From the NCBI GenBank assembly GCA_951406725.2, contig OX597816.1:121086001-121150000 (forward strand): a stretch of DNA of 64,000 bases, in the 5' to 3' direction. Below, piece by piece: positions 1 to 12,996 of this stretch. The DNA is from Octopus vulgaris. Lineage: Eukaryota. A program made the translations under genes and the position numbers. Each line of letters begins with the position of its first letter. Within the stretch, counting starts at the first letter, position 1. The notes below the pieces were generated by a model. It searched no databases. It was not told where the DNA came from and worked only from the letters and a program-made list of their open reading frames with translations.

Positions 1-582
1 TCGTGGATAAGCCTGTTTTAATCCACAATTCTATAATTTGCGCTATGAACTATATGTGTAGTTATGGATTCGTTTGGGATGACTACCAAGTGTTTAGAAC
101 TAAAGCACTTAAGATCGGTCGGAAATTAAATCCCATTGATTGCCTCGGATCTAATTATTTTCATTCGCAACATATGCATTTTTTAAAAGACAGTAAAAAA
201 ATATGAAAATCGGCTATGATAATATAGTTTTCTAGTCTTATTGCTATGAATGTATGATGTTGTAGAGAAAAAAATTGGAGGAAAAAGTTACAGAGATTTA
301 AAAATCGACCCCCCCCAAAAAAAAACAAACAAACAAAACTGTGTATTTCTATATTTCTAACAAAGAGCGAGACAGAAATTTTCTGCGTTTAGCGGAGCGG
401 TGTCAACTTTAGGGCTGTACCCTGTGAAATTTATAGTTTAGCGTCTGTGAAATGACCTGTTCATTGTAGGTTTCTAAATAAACAGAAATACCTAATAATA
501 TCAACGTATATCATCTTAATCTTTCTTTTATCTCTTCATTGATTGTATGTATTTATTATTTCTTTTAAAATTTGTTATATTA

Positions 583-1838
583 TCAGGTCATACCATAAGT
601 TCTGTCCGATTTTATCTTTTTTAAAATTGAATGAAATTTAATAGTATTTTAGAATGTCTAATGGAATTAAAAATTATTTTTATGCATTTGTGTACATTTA
701 AACTAATTAAATATTATTTTACAGAATAATAGAATTAAAATTTCTTTGATTAAAACCATTTCTAACATGGAAGTATCCAAAGAGCATTTGAGGCACATAA
801 TGCTTTATGAGTACAAAAAAGGAAACTCTGCAGCCGAAGCAACTCGAAACATACACTCAATTTATGGGAAAGAATGCTTGAATGAAAGAACTTGCAGAAG
901 ATGGTTTGCAAAATTCAGAAGTGGAGATTTCAGCCTTGAAGATGAAGATCGAACAGTACGTCCAGTTGAATTTGATGAAACTCCTGCATTATCAGTTGAA
1001 GAATTGGCAATAAAGCTTAGTTCAAGCCATACAATTGTTCATCGTAATCTTCAACAATTTGGAAAGGGCCCTAAACTTGGAAAATGGGTGCCTCATGAAT
1101 TGTCCGAAAGCAACCGCAATCCCGAGTTGTCATCTGCTCTTCTCTCCATTCTCGCGAACTCATTTCACCCTTTTTGGATAGACTTGTGACTGGTGACGAA
1201 AAATGGATCTTCTATCGAAATGTTAAGCGTCGTAAACAGTGGTTTGGTAAAAGGGAAAAAGCTCAACCACAACTGAGAAAGGAACTTCATGAGAAAATGG
1301 TTCTTCTCTCTATCTGGTGGGATTGCAAAGGAGTAATTCACTTTGAATTGTTACCACCTAATACAAAAATCAATGCTCAAGTCTACTGTCAGCAATTAGA
1401 GCGTTTGAACCAAGCTCTGAAGGAAAAAAGATCTGTTTTAGTGAATCGAAAAGGAGTAATGTTTCATCAGGACAATGTGCGACCCCACACTGCAAAGATC
1501 ACACCACAGAAGATCGAAAAGCTTGGTTGGGAAAAAATTCCTCCTCCACCTTATTCTCCCGACTTTGCTCCTTCAGACTACCATTTGTTTCGTAGTTTAC
1601 AGTATCATTTGGGGGAACAACTTTTGCAAGCCAGGAGGAGGTCGAAACTGACATTTCAGAGTTCTTCGCTTTGAAACCAAAAGAGATTTACATTGATGGG
1701 ATTAAAAAGCTTGTAAATAGATGGAAGGAAGTCATAGATAATCAGGGAAAGTACGTTGATGATTAAATTTAAATTAAATATATTTGATCTCTTGTTTTCT
1801 TTATTCAAAATTTGGACAGAACTTATGGGATGGCCTGA
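583..1838 (+). mobile_element. Near full-length mariner (DD34D) DNA transposon, decayed
   Basis: TIRs tcaggtcataccataagttctgtcc (from 583) and ggacagaacttatgggatggcctga (to 1838), flanked by TA at 581-582 and 1839-1840; encloses transposase remnants. Confidence 0.93.
767..1766 (+). pseudogene. Mariner transposase pseudogene (frameshifted, with an internal deletion)
   Basis: MEVSKEHLRHIMLYEYKKG N-terminal HTH region, WVPHEL, LVTGDEKW, HQDNVRPH and YSPDFAPSDYHLF motifs split over ORFs 746-1189 and 1174-1674; a third frame ends RWKEVIDNQGKYVDD*. Confidence 0.92.
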
Positions 1839-2018
1839 TAAAATTTTTGTCTGCAAGCGTATTCCAGTATTATGTATACTTGTGATGTATTTGTATACAT
1901 CGTTAATATATGAGTGTGTGTGTGTGTGTGTGCGTGAAGGGGTGGGGGTCTGTCTCCAAAACTTCAAAGTTGAGTAACGTTTACATGCTTGGATTTGTAA
2001 ACTACGATAAGAATAACA

Positions 2019-2202
2019 CTCTTTTACTTGTTTCAGTCATTTGACTGCGGCCATGCTGGAGCACCACCTTTAGTCGAGCAAATCGACCCCAGGACTTATT
2101 CTTTGTAAGTCTAGTACTTATTATATCCGTCGCTTTTGCCGAACTGCTAAGTTACGGAGACGCAAACACACCAGCATCGGTTGTCAAGCGATGTTCGGGG
2201 GA

Positions 2203-2210
<8 letters not shown>
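2019..2210 (-). mobile_element. SINE family A, 3' half
   Basis: ctcttttacttgtttcagtcatttgactgcggccatgctggagcacc..., near-identical to the full copy at 35170-35605. Confidence 0.85.
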
Positions 2211-2233
<23 letters not shown>

Positions 2234-2665
2234 GCGCGCACACACATACACACGCACACGTAAAAGCATATAAGAATAACTGTACACTATCGACTTGAAA
2301 GAAAAAGTGGCGTGGAGACTTTGGACTGGAAAGTAAACAGTAGCATTCGAGGAACCTAGGGATGGAGTCAGAAAGGAGGGGCATGGTCGTGGAGATGGGT
2401 AGTCCACGATTAAAACACTCTATAATCAGAACTCTGCTGAACCAGGGCTGACTTGGGACTATATAGCAACAACATGAATAGCAACAATAACAACGACGAC
2501 GACGATGACGACAACAACTACAAGAGCAATAACAACAATAGAATCAAACGTCAACTGCAAAAAATGTTTATAAGACATTTCGTATGTTTAGCTGCAAATA
2601 TATATAAAAAAAATCTTAAATAAAATTAAGAAGAAATAACAAAAATATGGTGGAAGGTTGATGGT

Positions 2666-2712
<47 letters not shown>

Positions 2713-3060
2713 AAAAGAGATGTTTAAATCTGAAACCGGATTATATTGTAAGTTTGTCAGTTAATCAATAATTTTAAATGACCGATAAAGCTTATAAATC
2801 CTTGACAAGTGTATAATTAGACAGACAAAAGGTTTAAAATCCGAGCGAAATGGGTAGATAGATGGAGAGATAGAGAGATTGATAGATAGATAGAGAAAGA
2901 GAGAGAGAGAGGGGGAGGAGAGGGAACGAAAGAAAGAGAAAGAGACAGAGAGAGAGAGCGAGAGCGAGAGCAAAGTAATATACAAAAGACCCGAATAAAG
3001 GTTTACCGTCATTCAAAGGAAGTAGATGGAGTGATGGTAGGGGAGAGTGGTGTGTGTGTC

Positions 3061-3101
<41 letters not shown>

Positions 3102-3338
3102 GTGTGTGTCCGTGTTTGTGTGTGTGTGTGTGCCGGGGTCAGAATGGATAGATGGCATCGCATGGAAGAACACGTTCTTTGTCCTCCACACTGTTTGTTG
3201 TGGTGAAATGTGGTGATGGTGATGGTGGGGTGAAATGGGGGTAGGTGATGGAGTTTGGTAGCATTTTTGGCAACCAAGTTGCTACCAGCAACGTCATCAC
3301 TGCCAGCACCTCCCGCGTCTTAAACTACTACTACTACA

Positions 3339-3396
<58 letters not shown>

Positions 3397-3439
3397 AATA
3401 CTGCCTCCATTTCTTTATCATCTCATTAGTATTGTTCTT

Positions 3440-3930
3440 AAGGTGGCAAGCTGGTAGGGTCGATAGCATGCCGGACAAAATGCTTAGCAGCATTTTTATC
3501 CGTCTTTACGTTTTATGTTCAAATTACTTTCAGGGTCGATGAAATAAGCACCAGTTGTTCACTTAGGTCGATGTAATCGACTTGCACCCTCCCCTCCGAA
3601 TTTCAGACCTTGTGCCTGAGAATTATTATTGTTATTAAGGCGGTTTGTTTTTAGAATCGCTGGTGCATTGGGCAAAATGCTTAGCAGCGTTTCGTCTGTC
3701 TTTACGTTTTGAGTTCAAATTCCGTCAAATTCCGTCGAGGTTGACTTTGCCTTTCATCCTTTCGGGGGTCTGTAAAATAAACACCAGTTGGACACTGGGG
3801 TCGATGTAATTGACTTACCCCTCCTCAGAAATTACTGGCATCCTGCCAAAATTACGAAACCATAATTAAGGCGGCGAGTTGGCAGAATCGTAAGCACGTT
3901 GAACAAAAAAATTGCTTAGCAGTATTTCTT
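3440..3930 (+). mobile_element. Head-to-tail array of about 3 SINE family B copies
   Basis: Repeated aaggcggc/ggcagaatcg...gttcaaatt...cctttcatcctttcggggtcgat...gtcgatgtaatcgactt units separated by ATT-rich spacers. Confidence 0.8.
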
Positions 3931-3943
3931 TCGACTTCTTTTA

Positions 3944-4140
3944 TTCTTTTACTTGTTTCAGTCATTTGGCAGTAGCCATGCTGGAGCACCGCCTTTAGTG
4001 GAACAAATCGACCCCAGGACTTATTATTTTGTAAGCCTTGTACTTATTCTATTGGTCTCTTTTGCCGAACCGCTAGATTACAGGGAAGTAAACACACCAA
4101 CATCTGTTGTCAAGCGATGGTTGGAAGACAACCACAGACA
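3944..4140 (-). mobile_element. SINE family A, 3' half
   Basis: Matches 35170-35390. Confidence 0.85.
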
Positions 4141-4141
4141 C

Positions 4142-4370
4142 ACACTTTATTTCACATTGCTCCAGTCCACTCAGCTAGCAAAACTGAGTAGTACCTGTAT
4201 TTCAAAGGGCCAACTTTGTCACACTCTGTGTCACTCTGAATCTCCCTGAGAACTAAGTTAAGGGTACACGTGTCTGTGGAGTGCTTAGCCACTTGCACGT
4301 TAATTTCACGAGCAAGGTGTTCCGTTGATCGTATCAGCTGGGACCCTCGTCGTGATAACCGACTGAGTGA
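4142..4370 (+). mobile_element. SINE family C, 5'-truncated
   Basis: tatttcacattgctccagtccactcagct core shared with the tRNA-headed element at 62237-62561 (-). Confidence 0.65.
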
Positions 4371-4453
4371 TCCGACATATATGTATGTGTGTGTATGTAT
4401 ATATATATATATACACTCTCACACACACACACACATATTTATCCACATATAGA

Positions 4454-5208
4454 TATAGCCAAGAAAAAAAGTAACAAGAATGGATCAGTAATTCGATACA
4501 ATTGTTTCATACTGAGAGCATTTTTAATTGAAGCTGCAAATATTACAGCAAATATAATGCTTTCCTTTGATCTCTGTGTTCCTTACCTCACCATTAACTC
4601 TATGAGACTCCAAGTTCAGAGCCGGTGGTCAAACTTACCGTTCTTTTATAAATTCAAGATTCCTTCAACATTGACCTAGATTTTCTGTCACCACAGAAAC
4701 AGACTAATCTTTGTCTGTGGCACTCTTATTCCCTCTTACTCCCCCACTTCTTTCGTCCCATAATGTCCTTTACTTGGCTTTACCTACTTCCCTATATTCC
4801 TTACTACTACTAAATTCTGTCTGCAACAGTTAGATGTGAATTGAACCAGTGTGTTAACAACACCTTTCCTCGTGTTTCCTGGAATTTATATCAACACCTT
4901 TATGGTTGGATTTACCTTTTCTGAAAATTTAATAATCTTTTTAAAATTTTTTTTTAAAACTGTGCATTGTTGGAAAACATATAAAGTCTGCTTATTACCT
5001 TACTTCAAATTCATAGAACTCACTCTGAATGCTTCATAAGAATATTTACACTTTCTAGGATGGTTGGAAAACATATATGTGATTTGGCTGATGAATACTT
5101 GACATTATATTTGCTGTAATATTTGCAGCTTCAAATAAAAATGTTCTCAGTATGAAACAATTGTACCGAATTACTGATCCATTCTTGTTACTTTTTTTCT
5201 TGGCTATA
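4454..5208. repeat. ~105-bp inverted repeat pair (4454-4559 / 5103-5208) around a ~540-bp spacer
   Basis: tatagccaagaaaaaaagtaacaagaatggatcagtaattcg... and its reverse complement; the same peptide IAKKKSNKNGSVIRYNCFILR appears in ORFs on both strands. Confidence 0.9.
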
Positions 5209-5318
5209 ATCATCCCATATATTGTTATGGTTAATACCATAAAGAATTCTGGTGCATCTACGTTAAGTACCATATTCATTTGAATTCATTTGAATTCATT
5301 TGAATCTTAATTGTTTTG

Positions 5319-5822
<504 letters not shown>

Positions 5823-7409
5823 CATGTCCTGAATTTAAGTATCGCTGAAACCAACATTGCCTTTCATCCAATCGAGGTTGATAAAATAGGTACTTGTTTA
5901 GCACTGGAGCCGATGCAATCGACTTGCCCACTTTTCTAAAATTGCTGGCCTTGCACAAAAATTTAAAACCGTCGTTATTTATTATCAATATTATTCGACC
6001 CAGACAAAGCAACAAATATTGAAAGGCTGATATAGTCGACTATATATATAGTCGACTGTATAAAACGCACAAATCATTGGTAGTTTTTATCAGTGACGTA
6101 TAGAGGTTGTTGTGATAGGGAGTGCTACTGTACTGAACCGAAAACTAATAATTTGGCATAGGAATAAACATACAAATTTTCGGTTATTTTTATACATAAT
6201 ATGACAGGCAAAGGCTGTCCTCGTTGCTCCATTCAGTGGAAGATTACATGCCAAGGGGCGAAATCCTTGTAACCCTGAGAACCCTACTGACGATATGGAA
6301 TGATTTCCAACATTGCGATTTCTTTAGTCACAATCAGAAAAGCTTGTAATATCTTTAAATAGCTCCTGCACTTTCTGCGTGGAGCAAAGCATCTCTGATA
6401 TTTATTTCGCCAACGTAACTTAATATTTATTTCTGAGCATGTATTATTTCGTTTGAAAACAAATTACAACCGGATTATATCATGGTACTGCAAGAACAGA
6501 ATTATCTTTGATTTATATGCGTTACTTTCTTTAGCATTGATTTACATTGAGTAAAAAAACAAAGCAAGATCAATAATAAAAAATAAACACTAGCAAATAC
6601 GTAATAACAAATAATGATAATAACCCTTTCTACTATAGACACAATACCTGAAATTTGGAGGGAGGGGCAGTTCAATTACATCGACCCGGATCTGTTCAGT
6701 TTTGCTCACAGATCTTTTAATCATTTTTTTAACTAAACAGTTTTAAACTTCGTATACTGGTGTAATTTCTCACGCTGAACACGGTTTACTTCCAATATTT
6801 TTATAGGGACGTAAAGAAACTAACACCGGCTGTTAAGTGGTGGTGGTGTAGAACAAACACAAACACAAAAACACACATATCCATACACAAACATACACAC
6901 ATATACATGTGACAGACTTCCACGCAATTTCCGTCTACCAATTCCACTCACAAAACATTAGAAAACTTGCCCAGTGTGCCACCCATTGGAACTAAACGTA
7001 AAATCCGGTGGGTGCAAAGCAAACCTCTTAATAACACAGTCAACATATTATACACACATATATTATTCATATTATCCAGTCATTCCTTTCTCTTTTTTTA
7101 TCACGCACCTTTGGATTGTACCCTCAATCTTGCAACTATACTAATGGCGTCTTACATCTTCAAATTCTTCTAGACTCTCATGGGATTACACTGAGTTTTC
7201 TACCTTCCACTTTCAAGGGTTGGCATGTCATGATCCAAATCATTTTCTTTTTATCTTCTGTACACGAATTTCTTACCCGTTCTAACGCTCTGAAGAAGAA
7301 CCTACGCTTGAAACGTCAAACATACTTCTACATTCTTACCTTTCATTGAGCATAAAATTTAGAATTACAACTTGTTTACAATTCGTTCTCTGCATTTTAA
7401 TTCTCATCG

Positions 7410-7440
<31 letters not shown>

Positions 7441-9046
7441 CTAGCATTATGACCCGTCGTTGCCGGGTTATAGTGCTAGTGCATGTATATATGTGTACAT
7501 ATTACATGTATATCTATATATATATACATCTACACATAAAATACAAAATACAAAGTTATATCTTGATATCGCTAGTGATAACAATACTCAAAATATATAA
7601 CAGACTGGAATTGTAGGCCCGTCTCTTGCAATTTCGATCAATTGTATCTTGTCCTCCCTCTTGTATAGAAGTGTGGCTACAATCTAGCCTACCTCTACTT
7701 CTGGGGGGACATTTTAAATTTTTATCCGGGACGTCCTACGTCCCAGATATTAAGGTAAAAATAAAATATTTCCACTTTGCAAGGTTCGAGTCGAGTACTC
7801 CCTTGCACGCTCCGTTGACTCGAACCTTGCTTCTATTGTGGCGAATTTACCGCCTCTGGTTAGATATTTGATATCTTTCATATTCGCACCAAGACACTTT
7901 TCGATGGTGCTTTCCTCCAGGTGTTCAAATCTTTTTTTTTCTCTACATTGTATACTTTATAGACAATAGTCTTTTCTTTAATTTAATTTTTTATTTCGTT
8001 CGGTGGTGTTATCCTAGATTCACCGTCTTTGTCGGTGATCAATCCGAAATAGGTTTGTATTTCTTCCATTTTAATTTTAATGAGTTCGCCGACGACTGCA
8101 GTGAAATTCATTTTTGGACTTTCTTCTATCGAAGGCATTTTAACAAAAATGCTTCCGTATAAACGGTGAAAATATTGTTAATTTACCCAAACAGGGACAC
8201 AATTCAATTTTTAAACAATAACCAAACAATAACCCTCCAAAGGGGGAGGATTACGGTTTACAATTATTTAACAAATGCAACACAACAACGTTTCCCTTAC
8301 GAGGAACCAACAAACGTGATAACAATAGTTAAACAGTAATAATAATAACAAACCTTACGTTGAATCAAAAAGCAGTACGCTGTTGAAGCTAAAGCCCTTT
8401 ATGTATAAGAAATAAACCAACAGCAGTGCTCAGTAGAAGCTGCTGTTCGAGAAAATAGACATTACATACAGCCAAACTTCATATAGATACTTAATGCTAG
8501 CTAATTAGCAGATAATCTAATGTAAAAGACGTGGTAAACGGTATGTGCACAGCTCCATCTGGACTATTCAATTTCTGCACACTAATTTTATTTTTAATTT
8601 ATTCCCATTCATATGAAACCACTGATTCAAGTTCAAGTCATTGATGCAATTTTATACCAATTGCTATTTTTACTTTTAATTGTTATGTTACGATTTAATT
8701 TAATTTGATTTTAATTATTACTTACTACATATAATTCAATTTTTAATTTTAACTCTAATTTTTATTTGTAAAGTGAAAGTATCTGACATAAAATAGAGAA
8801 ATGTTTTTGTTTCACTTTTAACACGTAATACTGGAGAAGATATGATAGTGGAGAAGATATGATATTGCTATGGGCTCGCCCTAGGCAAGAAGTTGAACTA
8901 TTTTTTGCCCATGAAACTACATGGACCCTAAGTAAGGCATGTGTAAAATTTGAATGAAATTAGTTGTGTAGTTCTCATGTTTTAGGGAAACACACAGACA
9001 GACAGAGAGACAGACAGACAAACAGACAGACAGACACACATTCTCA

Positions 9047-9056
<10 letters not shown>
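7441..9056 (-). mobile_element. Non-autonomous Helitron
   Basis: Minus-strand 3' end has hairpin acccggcaacgacgggt followed by CTAG|T; 5' end tatataaaactgagaatgtgtgtctgtctg resembles the Helitron 5' end at 45280. Confidence 0.75.
7622..8138 (-). pseudogene. Decayed ORF resembling a non-LTR retrotransposon ORF1 fragment, inside the Helitron
   Basis: Manual translation MPSIEESPKMNFTAVVGELIKIKMEEIQTYFG...KYLTRGGKFATIEARFE...YLGRRTSRIKI*NVPPEVEVG*, with several stops and a frameshift in an A9 run. Confidence 0.5.
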
Positions 9057-9087
<31 letters not shown>

Positions 9088-9156
9088 ATGTATGTATGGT
9101 GGTACTCCAGCATGATCGCAGCCGCATGTGGCTGAAACGAATTAAAGAATAAAAGA

Positions 9157-9190
<34 letters not shown>

Positions 9191-9616
9191 AAACACACCA
9201 AACATACATATTGCATATTGTATATATTATATAATTAGTATCGTATTTCAGTTTTCATTGCACGTGTTGACAGGTTTGTTTTCTTTTCATATGGCCTTTA
9301 TTTGTTTATATTTAAACGCCATCATTGTTTTCAATGCTTGTTAACCATTGGAGTCGACAATCCCGGAAGTAGTGCGAAGGTGCAGCTAGTATGTATGTTT
9401 AATAATATATTTGTATATGTGCGTGTGCACTGCGATCAAGCTGGGGGATTGCCTTAAAGTATCCTTGAATAGCGTAAACAGGCACGGTTGGAAGCTGTGT
9501 GGTAAGAGGTTTGCTTCCCAACCACATGGTTCTGAGTTCGGTCCCACTGTGTGACACGTTGGGAAAGGTTTTCCACAATAGCCCCGGATTGACAGAAAAT
9601 GTAGCAGTCTGTCGTA

Positions 9617-9674
<58 letters not shown>

Positions 9675-9693
9675 TATCTATCTATCTAATCTG

Positions 9694-9734
<41 letters not shown>

Positions 9735-9770
9735 ATCTATCTATCTCTCTCTATCTATCTATCTAATCTG

Positions 9771-9865
<95 letters not shown>

Positions 9866-10134
9866 GTCTATATGAGTGTTCGTTTATTCCTTTATTCTTT
9901 CACTTGTTTCAGTCATTTGACTGCGGACATGCTGGAGCACCGCCTGGAAGTCTACTAGTCGAACAGATCGAACCCGGATTTATTTCTCAAGCCGAGTACT
10001 TATTCTATCGGTCTATTTTACAGCGACTAAGAGAAAATTTACATATGAAGTATGAAATAAAATCAGGTCTAATATAATAAATATTGTTAAATACATATAC
10101 TAGGTATGCAATTTCCGAGCATACCAGCTCATGA

Positions 10135-10848
10135 TTTGACAAAGATTGACCTCTGCTGTGCATGTACACTGTAGCGTGTGGTCGTCGCATTGACCATGAC
10201 AAAGAAAGTTGTCATGGCGATACCTGCTCAGAAAGTGTATGGAGAGGAGTGTTTGAGCCATACAGAAGTGTACGAGTGGTTCAGACGTTTCGCAAACGGC
10301 CGAAAAATGTCGATATTGGCGAAAGTTCTGGGAGACCGGCAACCAGCAAAATTGAGAAAAGCATTGCAGATGTGCATGCAGCTGTGAGGGGAAATCGTCG
10401 AATCACCATCCGTGAGTTATCAGATGCACAGATTAGTTACAGTTCAGCACAGTCCTTTATCACTGAACACTTCGGTACGAGATGTGTGTCTGCCAAGTTT
10501 GTGCCAAAACTGCTTTCAGTTGACCAAAAAAGCACTCGGGTTTCAGTTGCACAAGATCTCCTTGATTGAGTCGAGAACGATGAAAACTTTGCGTAGGCCT
10601 CTGAGCAGGTATCGCCAAGCTTTTGGCAAAATTTGATGCAAATTCTCTGCTCAACATTCTCTGTCATGGTCAGTGCGACGATCACACGCTTCACACCTTC
10701 CTTCCATGCACTCTTTAAACAGCGGAAGTGAGCCAGAACGTTAAAACTTAGTGCGCATAAACAATAGAGTTCAAAATCAATCTGTGTCAAGCGGCTTTAG
10801 CTTTGTTACTATGGCAACAGTCTGGATACTTATTGATCAGACTACGTA
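10135..10848 (+). mobile_element. Rearranged mariner derivative made of two inverted 5' ends
   Basis: Plus strand gives VYEWFRRF, SGRPATS and AKFVPKLL; minus strand from 10667 gives MTENVEQRICIKFCQKLG; TIR-like end tacgtagtctgatcaataagtatcc on the minus strand from 10848. Confidence 0.85.
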
Positions 10849-11325
10849 TAGTGTTAAAAAGCACAGCATTATAACAGTAGTAAGAAAGTGTTCAGTAGCG
10901 GCGGTGGTATTGTTAAACCCAGATTTCTGCTTTTTTTAGAACCATCAATAGTAAGTATGTACATTCAGACAATTTTAGTCGCTGCTGAAATAGAAAAACA
11001 GCGATTAACAAATCCTTTGAATCGCAAATAGCCGGCAGGTGTCTTAAAAGTTTGTTCTTAGAGACGGAAACAGTAATAGTGTAAAATAACATTGTGCCTT
11101 GTAGCACTCTGCGTCTAGACGAGATGCTTTCTCGAAACCAATGCTGCAGTTTTATTGCTTTTATCGTATATCCGCATTAAGTAAGATATACAGAATGCTG
11201 TTTTGAACTAATACTGCATCATCCCTCACTAATAGCGAACACACATACGCACGCACACGCATGCATAGATACATGTATATAAGCGTCTTTCTATAATTAT
11301 GTATATTATGGTAAGAATGCATGAA

Positions 11326-11430
<105 letters not shown>

Positions 11431-11702
11431 GTGTGTTCAGGCATCTATAGAGGCACATACAGTATTTGTATTCAATTTTATATTTCATTTGAAATCGTTC
11501 GGATGGCTGAGCTTATCTAGTTGAATACTATATAAATCTAATCCGATTATAATGAATTAACGATTAGTGCTTTTTTTGTTGTTGATGTTATTATTGTCCT
11601 GTGTGCGTTTTGTAGTTGTTTTTATTGTAGTTTTATTGTTGTTGTGGTTATTATAATTGTCCTCGTTGTTTTTAACAATTCATGGCGGTTAAAGAAAGCT
11701 TT

Positions 11703-12290
11703 GAGCTGGCAGAATAATTAGCATGCTGGACAAAATGCTTGGCAGCATTTCGTCCGTCTTTACGTTCAGAGTTCAAACCCCGGCCAAGATCGACTTTGCC
11801 TTTCATCCTGTCGCGGTCTATAAAGTAAGTGCCAGATAAGTGCACTGGGGTCGATGTAAGCGACAAGCCCTCTCAGCCGAAATTGCTGGCCTTGTGGCAA
11901 ACTTTGGCAGAATCTTTAGCACGCCGGGCAAAATACTTAGTGACATTTCGTCTGGCTTTACGTTCGGCGTTCAAATTCCACCGAGGTCAACGTTGTCTTT
12001 CATCCTTCCAGGGTCGACAAAATAAGTTCCAGTTGGAGTCGATTTATTTGACTAGCCCCTCCTCCGAAATCAATATTACAAGGGGTTGAGCAGGCAGAAT
12101 CGTTAGATCGCCGGACGAAATACTTAGTGGCATTTCGTGTCTTTACTAAGTTCAAATTTCGCCGGGATCAGCTTTGCCTTTCATCCTTTCAGTGTCGATA
12201 AAATAAATACCAGTGGAGCACTGGGGACGATGTAGTCGATTTGCCTTCCCTATCGCCGAACTTGCTGGCGTTGTGCCAAAATTTGAAACC
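11703..12290 (+). mobile_element. Head-to-tail array of about 3 SINE family B copies
   Basis: Three ggcagaat...gttcaaa...ctttcatcct...gtcgat...ttgctggc units. Confidence 0.8.
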
Positions 12291-12778
12291 ATAATTATTA
12301 TTATTGATGTTGTATTTGCGTGTGGTAATGCGATTGCTTCTGTTGGAGAGATTAAGGGATAGAAAAGATTTGGCGGAACACAGAAAAGATGTGTCGGAGA
12401 GAGAGAGGGGGGGAATGGAAGAAAGTGGAGAGAGATTGATTTTTCGTGTTTGTGTGTGTGTGTGTGTGTGAGTATTACAATGACGGTGTATTTTATATTG
12501 TTTTTTTTTTCTTTTTCAACATCTCAAAGTCTAGTAAGGGAGATTGTTGTATTGTTTGAAACACCGAAGGGAACACCACAGTCTTCAAAAGCCCAACCAT
12601 CTCAAACACACTCATTCACGCGCGCACACTCGCATTCGCACACATCTACACATGCAGAGATTTACACACATACACACACGCGCGCGTGAGCGCACACACA
12701 CACATACATACACACACGCGCACACACACATACACACACGCACACACACACACACACACATACACACACACACGCACA

Positions 12779-12942
12779 TGACGGGCTTTTTTCAGTTTCC
12801 GTCCAACAAACTTTCTCGCAAGGCATTGATTGTCCGAGGCTATTGTAGAAGACACTTGCCCAAGGTGTTACGCAGTGGGACCGAACATGGAACCATTTGG
12901 CTGGGAAGTAAACGTCTTACCACACAGCCATGCCTGTGCCTG
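12779..12942 (-). mobile_element. SINE family A, 5' half
   Basis: acgggctt...gaagacacttgcccaagg...accacacagccatgcctgtgcct. Confidence 0.8.

Positions 12943-12996
<54 letters not shown>

Noticed and set aside
3953-4249. Recurrent peptide FQSFDCGHAGAPPLVEQIDP (also near 9900, 33690, 35196) as a gene family
   Set aside because: It is the antisense translation of SINE family A
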